From positions 27,840 through 91,839 of the forward strand of contig CALVRH010000002.1 of the NCBI GenBank assembly GCA_944358535.1: a stretch of DNA of 64,000 bases, given 5' to 3'. Of this stretch, positions 22,253 to 32,903 are shown in pieces. The notes beneath the pieces were generated by a model. The model saw nothing but the letters and a program-made list of their open reading frames with translations, did no database searches and was not told the origin of the DNA. A program made the position numbers and the translations under genes. Every line of letters starts with the position of its first letter. The first letter of the stretch is position 1. The stretch is from an uncultured Bacilli bacterium. GTDB taxonomy: Bacteria; Bacillota_I; Bacilli_A; RF39; UBA660.

Positions 22253-24103
22253 ATGGAATATGAAGTAATTGTAGTAGGTGGTGGTCATGCGGGATGTGAA
22301 GCTGCTTTAGCATGTGCTCGCATGGGTCATAAGACTTTACTTGTTACAGGAAATATTAATAATATTGCGGATATGCCATGTAATCCATCGATTGGTGGTA
22401 GTGCGAAAGGTATAGTTGTTAGAGAAATAGATGCTTTAGGCGGAGAGATGGGAAATAATGCAGATAAGAGCTTACTACAAATAAAGATGCTTAATACTGC
22501 TAAAGGTCCAGCTGTTCGTAGTTTAAGGGCACAAGCTGATAAAATAACTTATCCAAAAAATATGCTTAAGACTTTAGAGATTACAGATAATTTAGATATT
22601 AAGGAAGCTTTAGTTAAAGATGTTCTTACTTTTAATAACAAAGTTAGTGGAGTATTACTTGAAAGTGGAAAAGAAATTAAAGCTAAGGCGGTTATTTTAA
22701 CAACTGGTACATATATGAATGCGGATATTATGGTTGGTGATACGCGTCATAGGGAAGGACCTCATGGGGAGAGGCCATCTAATTATTTAAGTGATAATTT
22801 AGCTAAAAAAGGTTTTATTATTAAAAGATTAAAGACAGGAACTCCACCTAGGATTGCTCGCGATAGTATTGATTTTTCAAAAGCTAAAAGAGAAGATGGT
22901 GACAAGATTTATCACACTTTTAGTTTTAATAATGAACCGATGTATGATATAGATAAACAAGTACCTTGTTATTTGATCTATACGAATGATGAAACTCATA
23001 AAATTATTAGAGATAATTTAAATAAATCTAGTATGTATGGTGGTTTATCAGATATTAAGGGTGTTGGCCCTAGATATTGCCCTTCGATTGAAGATAAAAT
23101 AGTTAGATTTAGTGATAAGGAAAGACATCAATTATTTTTAGAGCCGGAAAGTTTATTTTATGATGATATTTATTTACAAGGTTTTTCAACTAGTATGCCT
23201 TATGATGTTCAAGAAAAGATGGTTCATAGTTTGACAGGTTTAGAGAATGCGAAAATTTTAAAATATGCTTATGCGATAGAGTATGATGCAATTTATCCGA
23301 CTCAGCTTAAGTTTAATTTGGAAACTAAGTTGATTGAAAATTTATTTACAGCAGGTCAGATAAATGGTACAAGTGGATATGAAGAAGCTGCTTGTCAAGG
23401 ATTAATGGCTGGTATTAATGCTTGTTTGAAATTAGAAGGAAAAGAACCATTTATTTTAAGAAGAGATGAAGCTTATATTGGTGTATTAATAGATGATTTG
23501 ATTACTAAAGGTATAAGAGATCCTTATAGATTACTTACTTCTAGAGCAGAATATAGATTACTTCTTAGAACTGATAATGCGGATTTAAGACTTCGTGAAT
23601 ATGGTCATAAATTTGGTCTTGTTTCTGATGAAAAGTATGAAAGATTTTTAAATAAAAAAGAAAATATTGAAAAAGCAACTATTGAATTTAAGGAAAAAAG
23701 ATTAACTCCTAAAAATAATGAATATTTAGAAAGTTTAGGAACTAAGCCTTTAAGAGATGGAATTTCTTTATATGATTTACTTAGAAGACCAGAAATTAAA
23801 ATAGATGATTTGATTAAGTTTTTAGATAATGATTACAGTTCTGAAGTGTTAGAACAAGTTTCTATTTCGGCTAAATATGAAGGTTATATTAATAAAGCTC
23901 TTCACGAAGCTGAAAAGTTAAAAAGTTTGGAAAATAAAAAAATTCCAGAAAATATTGATTATGATGCAATGCATAATTTAGCTAGTGAGGCTAAACAAAA
24001 GTTAAAAGAAGTTAGACCACTTACAATTGGTCAAGCAATGCGGATTAGTGGAGTAAATCCAGCCGATATTTCAATACTTACTATGTATATGAAGCGAGGT
24101 TAA
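22253..24103 (+). CDS. mnmG: tRNA uridine 5-carboxymethylaminomethyl modification enzyme MnmG
   Basis: FAD motif VVGGGHAGCEAA, about 616 aa. mnmE-mnmG-rsmG order. Confidence 0.95.
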   Translation: MEYEVIVVGGGHAGCEAALACARMGHKTLLVTGNINNIADMPCNPSIGGSAKGIVVREIDALGGEMGNNADKSLLQIKMLNTAKGPAVRSLRAQADKITYPKNMLKTLEITDNLDIKEALVKDVLTFNNKVSGVLLESGKEIKAKAVILTTGTYMNADIMVGDTRHREGPHGERPSNYLSDNLAKKGFIIKRLKTGTPPRIARDSIDFSKAKREDGDKIYHTFSFNNEPMYDIDKQVPCYLIYTNDETHKIIRDNLNKSSMYGGLSDIKGVGPRYCPSIEDKIVRFSDKERHQLFLEPESLFYDDIYLQGFSTSMPYDVQEKMVHSLTGLENAKILKYAYAIEYDAIYPTQLKFNLETKLIENLFTAGQINGTSGYEEAACQGLMAGINACLKLEGKEPFILRRDEAYIGVLIDDLITKGIRDPYRLLTSRAEYRLLLRTDNADLRLREYGHKFGLVSDEKYERFLNKKENIEKATIEFKEKRLTPKNNEYLESLGTKPLRDGISLYDLLRRPEIKIDDLIKFLDNDYSSEVLEQVSISAKYEGYINKALHEAEKLKSLENKKIPENIDYDAMHNLASEAKQKLKEVRPLTIGQAMRISGVNPADISILTMYMKRG

Positions 24104-24104
24104 T

Positions 24105-24803
24105 ATGAATTTAAATGAATTTAAAGTTGAAGTAGATAAATTAGGTATTAAGGTTACTGAAGAGGAGATAAGTAAATTAGAAAAGTATGCTTTACTTTTA
24201 AAAGATTGGAATGGAAAAATTAATTTGACTGCTATAACCGAAAAAGAACAAGTGTTTTTAAAACATTTTTATGATAGTTTAACTTTAGTTAAAATAATTG
24301 ATTTAAGTAAAATTGATAGTATATGTGATTTAGGAACAGGAGCTGGTTTTCCTGGAGTTGTACTTAAAATATTTTTTCCTAATTTAAAATTAACTTTGGT
24401 TGACGCTTTAAATAAAAGAATTAATTTTTTAGATGTTGTAGTTAAAGAGTTAAATTTGGAAAATGTTACTTTAGTGCATGCAAGAGCAGAAGAATATGGT
24501 AAAAATCATAGAGAATGTTTTGATGTTGTGACAGCTAGAGCTTTATCTAGTTTTCCTATTTTACTTGAGTATGGAATACCTTTATTAAAAACCTGTGGCC
24601 ATTTGATTGCAATGAGGGGTTTAAATGATAGTGTTGATGGGGTTAATGCGCTTAAAGTTTTAAATTCGAAAATTAATAATATTATTGAGTTTAAATTACC
24701 TTTTGAAGAGAGTAATAGAACTTTAGTTGATATAGTAAAAATTTCTCAAACTTCTTTGAAGTATCCTAGAAGGTATGCAGAAATTAAAAAGAAACCAATT
24801 TAA
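24105..24803 (+). CDS. rsmG: 16S rRNA (guanine527-N7)-methyltransferase
   Basis: 232 aa with SAM motif DLGTGAGFPG. Confidence 0.92.
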   Translation: MNLNEFKVEVDKLGIKVTEEEISKLEKYALLLKDWNGKINLTAITEKEQVFLKHFYDSLTLVKIIDLSKIDSICDLGTGAGFPGVVLKIFFPNLKLTLVDALNKRINFLDVVVKELNLENVTLVHARAEEYGKNHRECFDVVTARALSSFPILLEYGIPLLKTCGHLIAMRGLNDSVDGVNALKVLNSKINNIIEFKLPFEESNRTLVDIVKISQTSLKYPRRYAEIKKKPI

Positions 24804-24915
24804 GAAGTTTATAATATAAACTTTATCATTTTTTATGGTAAAGTTTTTTAAATGGTTGAATTATTTTCTAAAAAATAGTATGATAAAGTAAAAGAATAGA
24901 AGGGAGGGGTGGATT

Positions 24916-26643
24916 GTGCTTGAAAACGGTCAATTAATGGTGCTCAATATGCGTGATATTCTTCCTAACAGATTTCAGCCACGTATTAGATTTGATGAAG
25001 AAAAATTAGAAGAGTTAGCAGATTCAATAAGTAAATATGGCGTTATTCAACCAATTGTGGTTAGAACTGTTGGAAATAAGTTTGAAATTATTGCGGGCGA
25101 AAGACGTTTTAAAGCTAGCAGACTTGCAAATAGATCTACCATCCCAGCTATTGTACTTAATTTATCAGATAAGGATAGTGAAGAGATTGCTTTACTTGAA
25201 AATGTTCAAAGGCAAGAGTTAAATCCAATTGAGGAAGCTGTTTCATATAAGCGAATTTTAGATATGGGATATATTACTCAGGAGGAACTTTCTAGAAAAA
25301 TAGGTAAATCGCAATCTACGATTGCAAATAAGATAAGGTTACTTAATTTGGATGATGAAGTTCAAAGTTATTTACTTAATAATAAGATTTCTGAAAGGCA
25401 TGCAAGAAGTTTACTTAGAATTTCTGATAAGGAAAAACAAGTGGAAATGCTTCATAGAATAGTTGAAGAAAGATTAACTGTTAAACAAACAGATAAAGAA
25501 ATTGCTAAGATTAGAGAAACTGAAAAATCTGTTAAACCAGTTGATTTAAATATTCCTGTTAAAAAAAATGTTCAACCAGTGGTAAATCCTGTTAGTAAAT
25601 CTGAGGAAATTGAGAGTTTATTTGATGATGATTTTGATAAGAATGAAGGGGGAGATAGTATGGATATAGATAGGATTATGCGTGAAGCTAAAGATATAAA
25701 TTCTGCTTCTATACCAGAGGCAAAAGATATTTCTAATTTAATGGTTCCGGGTGAAATGTCTGGTCAACCAGTTAATCAACCTATGCCTGAGGTTCAACCA
25801 GTAGAAGAGATGGAAGCAAAGAAATTTATTAATGTAGAATCTCCAACTGAAACACCTAAGCAGGTGGAGCACCCAGTTAATAATACAGTTACTTTTGATA
25901 GTATGTTTAATCAACATGTTACGCCAGTAGCTACGCCAGAAGGTCAAGTTATGAGTAATACGCAACCTACTCCTTCAATAAATGATTCTTCTAGTATTCC
26001 AGCGCCGTCTGTTACACCAAATGTTTCACTGGTAGAAAGTATGTCAACACCTTCAGAGACAGTGAATGATTTTTCGACTATGCCTCCTACTATAAATAAT
26101 AATGTAGTTAGTTCTACAGATAGTTCAATGTCAGAGGTAAGTGGAGATAATAATGTTTCATCAATTCCTGAAATTTCAAATGTAGATGTTAATAATTTAA
26201 ATGTTGGTCCAAATATTTATAGCAATTCTGAATCTGATGATATTTCTTTAGATACGAAGAAATCTATTTCATCCGCAGTGGCTAGTGCTCTTAAAAAATA
26301 TCATGAAAATAAGGCTCGTCAAAGTTTAGCTAATACAATTCCATCGCCTACTGCTAATGTTACTCCTTCAGTGAATAATGTTAATACAGTAAATATTCCA
26401 GATATGGATATTATTGCATCTGATACATTGAATGAGTATTCAAACAAAAATGTTCAACCAACGATGGCTAGTACAATTAGTCAAGATGTTAAACCGGTTA
26501 ATAATCAAGTTAGTTTTGCAAATGTTGTGAAAATGCTTAGAGATTGTGCTGATAGAATTGAACAAAACGGATATTTTGTTAATATGGACGAATTAGATTT
26601 AGGTAATCAATATAAGGTTACTTTTACAATTAATAAGGAATAA
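24916..26643 (+). CDS. parB: ParB/Spo0J-family partition protein with a very long low-complexity linker
   Basis: The N-terminal ~200 aa is canonical: ParB box GERRFKAS and HTH ELSRKIGKSQSTIANKIRLLNL. About 330 aa of Ser/Pro/Asn/Val-rich sequence follows, then a short structured C-terminus. GTG start follows GGAGGGG. Confidence 0.88.
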   Translation: MLENGQLMVLNMRDILPNRFQPRIRFDEEKLEELADSISKYGVIQPIVVRTVGNKFEIIAGERRFKASRLANRSTIPAIVLNLSDKDSEEIALLENVQRQELNPIEEAVSYKRILDMGYITQEELSRKIGKSQSTIANKIRLLNLDDEVQSYLLNNKISERHARSLLRISDKEKQVEMLHRIVEERLTVKQTDKEIAKIRETEKSVKPVDLNIPVKKNVQPVVNPVSKSEEIESLFDDDFDKNEGGDSMDIDRIMREAKDINSASIPEAKDISNLMVPGEMSGQPVNQPMPEVQPVEEMEAKKFINVESPTETPKQVEHPVNNTVTFDSMFNQHVTPVATPEGQVMSNTQPTPSINDSSSIPAPSVTPNVSLVESMSTPSETVNDFSTMPPTINNNVVSSTDSSMSEVSGDNNVSSIPEISNVDVNNLNVGPNIYSNSESDDISLDTKKSISSAVASALKKYHENKARQSLANTIPSPTANVTPSVNNVNTVNIPDMDIIASDTLNEYSNKNVQPTMASTISQDVKPVNNQVSFANVVKMLRDCADRIEQNGYFVNMDELDLGNQYKVTFTINKE

Positions 26644-26647
26644 GTTT

Positions 26648-27850
26648 ATGAAAGATATGGAAGAGTTAATTAATTATTGTTTAAATTGTCCTACTAAACC
26701 TTGTAGGAAAGGTTGTCCCTTAGAAAACAATATTCCAGATTTTATTAAAGCAGCTAAGAATCAAAAGTTTTTAGATGCTTTTAATATACTTAGTGAAACA
26801 ACGGTTTTATCATCTATATGTGGAAGAATTTGTCCTTTTAATAAACAATGTGAAGGAAATTGTGTAAGAAGATTAAAAGGTGAGCCTGTTCAAATTGGTA
26901 AAATAGAGGCTTATATTGGTGATAAGTTTTTAGATAGTGATTATCCTTTATTTTCAAGTATGAATGAAAAAAATAAAAATAAAGTAGCGATAGTTGGTGG
27001 AGGTCCAGCGGGTTTAACTTGTGCGGCTTTTTTGAAGAAGTTCGGTTATGATGTGACAATATTTGAAAAATATGATTATTTAGGAGGAATTATCAGTCAT
27101 GGTATTCCTAGTTTTAGGTTGGATAAAGAGGTTACTTTAAAGACTTTTAAAAAGATTATTGATTTAGGAATTAAAGTTGAATTTAATAAAGAACTTGGGA
27201 GAAATTTGTCACTAAAAAAATTGAAAAAGAAGTTTGATGCAATATTTCTAGGATTTGGTGCGAACAAATCGAAAATATCTAATATAAAAGGTAAAAAATT
27301 ACCTAATGTGTATGGAGCTAATGAATTTTTAGAAAGTAAAAGAAAATTAGACTTGTATAATAAAAACGTTATAGTAATTGGAGCTGGCGATGTGGCAATG
27401 GACATGGCTAGAACAGCTAGAAAATGGGGCGGTAATGTTTTAACAATTTATTACCGTGAAAAAAAATATATGAAGGCTGATGCTTTTCAAGTTAAATTGG
27501 CATGTGAAGAAGGTGTTGATTTTCTTTTTAATACAACTTTAAAACAAATAATTAAAAATAATATCGGTTATAAAGCATATTTTATTAATAAGAAGGGAAT
27601 AAAATTTGTTTATCCTTGTGACTATGTGTTTTTTGCTATTGGTTCAAAAACGGACGAAAAAGTTACTAAAAAATTAGGTTTGAAATTGGATATTAATGGA
27701 TATATTAAAACTGATAAAAAGCAAATGACATCTATGGAAGGCGTGTTTGCTGGTGGTGATTTGATAGGTATTGAACAAACAGTTGCACATGCTGCTCGTT
27801 CTGGTAGAGATGCAGCTTATAATATTGATTTATATTTGACAAAAAAATGA
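26648..27850 (+). CDS. GltD-like NAD(P)H-dependent Fe-S flavin oxidoreductase
   Basis: N-terminal Cys clusters (CPTKPCRKGCP, CGRICP..CEGNC), then VAIVGGGPAGL and GAGDVAMD dinucleotide folds. Confidence 0.7.
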   Translation: MKDMEELINYCLNCPTKPCRKGCPLENNIPDFIKAAKNQKFLDAFNILSETTVLSSICGRICPFNKQCEGNCVRRLKGEPVQIGKIEAYIGDKFLDSDYPLFSSMNEKNKNKVAIVGGGPAGLTCAAFLKKFGYDVTIFEKYDYLGGIISHGIPSFRLDKEVTLKTFKKIIDLGIKVEFNKELGRNLSLKKLKKKFDAIFLGFGANKSKISNIKGKKLPNVYGANEFLESKRKLDLYNKNVIVIGAGDVAMDMARTARKWGGNVLTIYYREKKYMKADAFQVKLACEEGVDFLFNTTLKQIIKNNIGYKAYFINKKGIKFVYPCDYVFFAIGSKTDEKVTKKLGLKLDINGYIKTDKKQMTSMEGVFAGGDLIGIEQTVAHAARSGRDAAYNIDLYLTKK

Positions 27851-27888
27851 TTTAAATATAAAATTAAATAGCATTTGAGGTGATAGAT

Positions 27889-28731
27889 ATGCTTAAGTTT
27901 ACAAAAATGGAAGGTATTGGCAACGATTATGTTTATATAGATGCTATTAATCAAATAATTGATAATCCAAGTGAGCTTTCTAAAAAAGTTAGTGATAGAC
28001 ATTTTGGAATCGGTTCTGATGGATTAATATTAATTAGTAAAAGTGATAAAGCTGATTTTAAGATGAATATATATAATCCTGATGGGTCTGAGGCTGAGAT
28101 GTGTGGTAATGGAATAAGATGTTTAGCTAAATTTGTTTATGATAAAAAAATGACTAATAAAACATCTATTACAGTTGAAACTTTGTCTGGAATTAAAACA
28201 TTAGATTTAAAGGTAGAAAAAGGAAAAGTTTCTTTAGTTACTGTTGATATGGGTGAACCAATACTTGATGCCGATAAAATACCCGTTATTAATGGTTTTA
28301 AAGAAAAATCTTTGAATGGTATTGATTTTATTAATGTTAAAGTTGAATTTAAAAAATTTACTTGTGTGTCAATGGGAAACCCTCATGCAATATGTTTTAT
28401 TGATAACATTAATAATATTGATATAGCTAAAATTGGACCAATTATTGAAAACGACAAATGTTTTCCTAATAAAACAAATGTTGAATTTATAGAAATTATT
28501 AGTAAGAATGAAATTAATATGCGAGTTTGGGAACGTGGTACTGGTGAGACATTAGCTTGTGGGACTGGAGCATGCGCTTCGGTTATAGCGAGTATTTTAA
28601 ATGGGTATACTGATAGAAAAGTTACCGTTAATTTACTTGGTGGAAAGTTGGAAATTCTCTGGAATAAAGAAGATAATCATGTTTATATGAAAGGTCCAGC
28701 TAGAACTGTTTATGAAGGTGAAATTGATTAG
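27889..28731 (+). CDS. dapF: diaminopimelate epimerase
   Basis: GNDYVYID with catalytic Cys motifs CGNGIRC and ACGTGACA. ATG at 27889 follows GAGGTGA. Confidence 0.92.
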   Translation: MLKFTKMEGIGNDYVYIDAINQIIDNPSELSKKVSDRHFGIGSDGLILISKSDKADFKMNIYNPDGSEAEMCGNGIRCLAKFVYDKKMTNKTSITVETLSGIKTLDLKVEKGKVSLVTVDMGEPILDADKIPVINGFKEKSLNGIDFINVKVEFKKFTCVSMGNPHAICFIDNINNIDIAKIGPIIENDKCFPNKTNVEFIEIISKNEINMRVWERGTGETLACGTGACASVIASILNGYTDRKVTVNLLGGKLEILWNKEDNHVYMKGPARTVYEGEID

Positions 28732-28756
28732 ACACTAATAGGTGTCTAATTTTTTC
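28728..28756 (+). terminator. rho-independent terminator after dapF
   Basis: TTAGACAC-loop-GTGTCTAA followed by TTTTTTC. Confidence 0.7.
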
Positions 28757-28813
28757 TTTTTTGCTTTGTTTTTTTTTGAACATGATATAATTATATTAAA
28801 GGTAGATGATTTG

Positions 28814-29929
28814 ATGATTGAATTTAGAAAGGTATCGAAAGCTTATAAAAATAATATGGTTTTAAAAGATATTTCTTTTAATATTGAGAAGGGGAAATTT
28901 ACTGTATTAATTGGTGAATCAGGTTGTGGTAAGACTACTTTACTTAAAATGATTAATAAGTTAATAGTTCCAACTAAAGGTGATATTTTTATTGATGGAA
29001 AAGATATTAAAGAAATTGATGATATTAAACTTCGAAGAAGTATGGGATATGTTATTCAACAAACTGGTTTATTTCCGCATATGACGGTTAGAGAGAATAT
29101 AACAATTATTCCTAAAATATTAAAGGTAGATGAAAATAAAATAAATAAAGATTCGTTAGAAATGATGAATATGATAGGATTAGATGAATCTTTACTTGAT
29201 AGATATCCTAGTGAGCTTTCTGGCGGACAGCAACAACGTATTGGAATTGCGAGAGCTTTTATTACTAATCCTAATATTATTTTAATGGATGAGCCTTTTA
29301 GTGCTTTAGATCCAATGAGTAGAGTTGCTTTACAGGATGAATTACTTAAATTACAAGAAAAATTACATAAAACGATTGTGTTTGTAACTCATGATATGGA
29401 TGAAGCTATAAAATTAGCTGATAAAATAGCAATTTTTGATAATGGTGAGTTAGTACAGTATGATGTTCCAGAAAATATTTTGAAACATCCGGCAAATGAT
29501 TTTGTTAAAAATTTTGTTGGTAAGAAAAGAATTTGGACAAGTCCTAAGTATATTAAGGTTGAGGATATTATGATTGATAAACCAGTTACTTGTTTTCCAA
29601 ATTATACGGTATTTTATTGTCTTAATAAAATGAAGATGATGAAGGTTGATAGTTTAATGGTTGTTGATGATAAAAAGAATTTTCTTGGAGTTTTGTATGC
29701 AGAAAGTGTTACAGATAAAGAGGCAATGAATAAAGAAGCTAGTGAATATATGCTTAAGGATATTCCAATTGTAAAAAAAGGCGATTCTATTAGTACTTTA
29801 GCTAAGTTAGTTACAGAAAGTAGACTTTCTAATATTCCAGTTTTAGATGAAGAAAATCATTTATGTGGTCTTATTACTAGAAGTAGTTTAATTATGGCTT
29901 TAAGTCAGCAGTTCTTGGAGGAGGAATAG
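28814..29929 (+). CDS. osmoprotectant-type ABC transporter ATP-binding protein with tandem CBS domains
   Basis: Walker A GESGCGKTT, signature LSGGQQQR, Walker B ILMDEP and a C-terminal CBS pair. ATG at 28814 (MIEFRKV). Confidence 0.85.
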   Translation: MIEFRKVSKAYKNNMVLKDISFNIEKGKFTVLIGESGCGKTTLLKMINKLIVPTKGDIFIDGKDIKEIDDIKLRRSMGYVIQQTGLFPHMTVRENITIIPKILKVDENKINKDSLEMMNMIGLDESLLDRYPSELSGGQQQRIGIARAFITNPNIILMDEPFSALDPMSRVALQDELLKLQEKLHKTIVFVTHDMDEAIKLADKIAIFDNGELVQYDVPENILKHPANDFVKNFVGKKRIWTSPKYIKVEDIMIDKPVTCFPNYTVFYCLNKMKMMKVDSLMVVDDKKNFLGVLYAESVTDKEAMNKEASEYMLKDIPIVKKGDSISTLAKLVTESRLSNIPVLDEENHLCGLITRSSLIMALSQQFLEEE

Positions 29930-29930
29930 T

Positions 29931-31496
29931 ATGGAGTTTATAGATTATGTAATTCAAAATCATGAACAAATTATTTCACTTTTTTTAGAACATATTGAGC
30001 TTACTTTTATTGCTGTTGGTCTTTCTATTTTAATAGGTGTTCCTATTGGAATTTTAATTAGTTACGTTAGAAAGTTGGATAAACCTATTTTAGGTCTTTC
30101 TTCAGTTATTCAAGCAGTTCCATCAATGGCTTTACTTGGTTTTATGATTCCGTTTGTTGGAATTGGTACTATTCCTGCTATTATTGTGGTTATACTTTAT
30201 TCATTACTACCAATTATTAAGAATACATATACTGGTATTAATGGTATTAGTGAGTCGATGATTGAATCGGCTAAGGGTATTGGTCTTACTAAAAGTCAAA
30301 TTTTGTTTAAAATTCAGATTCCTCAAACATTACCAGTTATTATGGCTGGTATTAGAATTTCAGCTGTATCAGCAGTAGGTTTAATGACTATGTCAGCATT
30401 TATTGGTGGTGGCGGTCTTGGTTATTTGATATTTTCTGGTATTAGAACGGTTAATAATTATCAAATTTTAGCTGGGGCAATTCCGGCTTGTATTTTAGCT
30501 TTATTTGTTGATTATTTCTTTAGTTTAATAGAAAAGTTAGTGACTCCTGTTAGTATACAAATGAAAGATTTATCTAGAGAGGAAGTATTAAGAAAACGCA
30601 AAATACAAAAGGTTATATTATTTTTAATTTTATTAATTATTGGTGGTGTGTTTTTAAGTCAAGTTAAATTTAATGATAACAATGTAAAAACAATTACGGT
30701 GAGTGGTAAGGACTTTACAGAACAAAATATTTTGTGCGAAATGGTTTCTGATTATATTGAATCTAATACGGATATTTCAGTTAATAGAAAGTGTAATTTA
30801 GGTGGTGCTCAAGTCGTATTTTCAGCAATTCAAAGAGGAGATATTGATTTATATATTGATTATTTAGGAACTGATTATACAGATATTTTGAAATATTCAC
30901 CTATTAGTGATGTTAATAAGGTGTATCAAACAGTTAAATCAGAGTTTAATAGTAAATATAATTTATCTGTTTTAAAACAAATGAATTTTAATAATACTTA
31001 TGCTTTGGCGGTTAGGCAAGATACTGCTTTAAAATATAATTTGAAAACAATATCTGATATTGTTCCTTATGCTAGAGAGTTAAAGATTTCTCCAACTTTA
31101 GAATTTGTTAATAGAGAGGATGGGTTAGCTGGTCTAAATAAAACTTATGGACTTAATTTTGCAGATGTTATTGCAATAGATGGGAGTCCTAGATATACAG
31201 CTTTAATGAATGATAATAGTCAGGTTATTGATGCTTTTACAACTGATGGATTACTTAGAAAGTTTGGTTTGGTTGTTTTAGAGGATGACAAGAATTTCTT
31301 TCCCCCTTATTATGCAGTTCCAGTTATTAGAAATGAAGTTTTAGATGAGTATCCTGAACTTGAAGAACTTATGAATAATTTAGGGGGATATTTAACTAAT
31401 GAAAGTGTTCAAGAGTTAAATTATGAAGTTGATGAATTAGGTAAAAATCCTGAGATTGTTGCAAATGAGTTTTTAAAAGAAAATAATTTAATATAG
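29931..31496 (+). CDS. ABC transporter permease fused to an OpuAC-like substrate-binding domain
   Basis: 521 aa. The N-terminal half has multiple TM helices with an EAA-like loop. After another TM helix the C-terminal half resembles glycine-betaine/choline binding proteins. Confidence 0.8.
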   Translation: MEFIDYVIQNHEQIISLFLEHIELTFIAVGLSILIGVPIGILISYVRKLDKPILGLSSVIQAVPSMALLGFMIPFVGIGTIPAIIVVILYSLLPIIKNTYTGINGISESMIESAKGIGLTKSQILFKIQIPQTLPVIMAGIRISAVSAVGLMTMSAFIGGGGLGYLIFSGIRTVNNYQILAGAIPACILALFVDYFFSLIEKLVTPVSIQMKDLSREEVLRKRKIQKVILFLILLIIGGVFLSQVKFNDNNVKTITVSGKDFTEQNILCEMVSDYIESNTDISVNRKCNLGGAQVVFSAIQRGDIDLYIDYLGTDYTDILKYSPISDVNKVYQTVKSEFNSKYNLSVLKQMNFNNTYALAVRQDTALKYNLKTISDIVPYARELKISPTLEFVNREDGLAGLNKTYGLNFADVIAIDGSPRYTALMNDNSQVIDAFTTDGLLRKFGLVVLEDDKNFFPPYYAVPVIRNEVLDEYPELEELMNNLGGYLTNESVQELNYEVDELGKNPEIVANEFLKENNLI

Positions 31497-31505
31497 GAGG
31501 TTTTT

Positions 31506-32135
31506 ATGATTTCAGTTAATATTCAAAGTAGTATTTTAATTAGTGGAAATATTAAAATATATTTTGATCCGATAAAGATGGATAGAAAGTATGATGCAGA
31601 TTATATTTTTATAACCCATAGTCATTATGATCATTTTTCAAAAGAAGATATTTTAAACATTAAAAATGATAATACAGTTATTATTGGTCCTTATGATATA
31701 TATAATAAGTGTTTAGAAATGGGATTTAGTAAAGATAAGGTTATTAAAGTAAAACCTTGTGAAGAATATGATTATGGTGTTATTAGATTTAAAACAGTTT
31801 ATGCATATAATTTAAATAAAACTTTTCATTTAAAACAAAGTAATTGGGTTGGTTATTTACTTGAATTTGAAGGTAAGAAATATTATATTGCGGGTGATAC
31901 GGATGTTATTATGGATAATTTATCTGTTTTAAAAAATATAGATGTTGCTTTTATTCCTATTGGTGGAACTTATACTATGGATGTTTTAGAAGCAGCTGAT
32001 TTTGTAAATAAGATAAAGCCTAAATCAGTTGTTCCTATTCATTATGGTATGGTGGCCTTTGATGAAAAGGATTTGAAACAATTTATATTAAATGTTAGTA
32101 GTGATATAAAAGTTGATGATTTATTAGGAAAATAA
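31506..32135 (+). CDS. MBL-fold metallo-hydrolase
   Basis: 209 aa with motif THSHYDHF. Confidence 0.7.
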   Translation: MISVNIQSSILISGNIKIYFDPIKMDRKYDADYIFITHSHYDHFSKEDILNIKNDNTVIIGPYDIYNKCLEMGFSKDKVIKVKPCEEYDYGVIRFKTVYAYNLNKTFHLKQSNWVGYLLEFEGKKYYIAGDTDVIMDNLSVLKNIDVAFIPIGGTYTMDVLEAADFVNKIKPKSVVPIHYGMVAFDEKDLKQFILNVSSDIKVDDLLGK

Positions 32136-32193
32136 ATTTTTCAAGATTATTTCACATAAATATGATATACTTTATTTAGATTGGAGGAATTGT

Positions 32194-32469
32194 ATGAAAT
32201 GCCCAGTTTGTAAAGATGTTACTTTACTTATGAGCGAAAAGAAAGGTATTGAGATTGATTATTGTCCTGAATGCCGTGGAATATGGCTTGATAGGGGAGA
32301 ACTTGAAAAATTAGTAGAAAAAGAGAATGAAACTTTACGTTCTAATTATAGTGATTATGATGAGCGTGAAAAGTATGATAAAGATATGAAGTATTCAAAG
32401 AATGGTAAACATACTAAAAGAAAAAAAGAATCTATTTTTGGAGAAATATTTGATATGTTTGGTGATTAA
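32194..32469 (+). CDS. TFIIB-type zinc-ribbon protein
   Basis: CPVC...CPECRGIWLDRGELEKL. Confidence 0.6.
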   Translation: MKCPVCKDVTLLMSEKKGIEIDYCPECRGIWLDRGELEKLVEKENETLRSNYSDYDEREKYDKDMKYSKNGKHTKRKKESIFGEIFDMFGD

Positions 32470-32543
32470 AGATATTAAATATTTCTTTTTTCTTGACATA
32501 GAGTTAGCTCTAGGTTATATAATTACTTTAGGATGGTGGTCTA

Positions 32544-32903
32544 ATGAGTATTGGTGAGGTTGCTAGAGAACTTGATTTGTCAATTGATACTTTAAGGTAT
32601 TATGAGAAAATAGGACTTGTTAAAAATATTAATAAAATTAATGGAAAACGTGAATATACTGATGAAAATATTAAAGATTTAAAGTTTATTTTATGTATGA
32701 AATCTGCTGGACTTTCTTTAATGGATATTAAGAGGTTTTTAAAATATTATGAGGAAGGTAATAAAACATTAGATTTAAGAATAGATATGCTTAAAAATCA
32801 GAAGATAGTGTTAGAAAAAGAAATTAAGGAAAAACAAGATACTTTAGATTATTTAAATTATAAAATTGATCTTTATGAAAAAAGAAAAGGGGAAAAGAAA
32901 TGA
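32544..32903 (+). CDS. MerR-family transcriptional regulator
   Basis: IGEVARELDLSIDTLRYYEKIGLV plus a coiled-coil dimerisation helix. Confidence 0.85.
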   Translation: MSIGEVARELDLSIDTLRYYEKIGLVKNINKINGKREYTDENIKDLKFILCMKSAGLSLMDIKRFLKYYEEGNKTLDLRIDMLKNQKIVLEKEIKEKQDTLDYLNYKIDLYEKRKGEKK

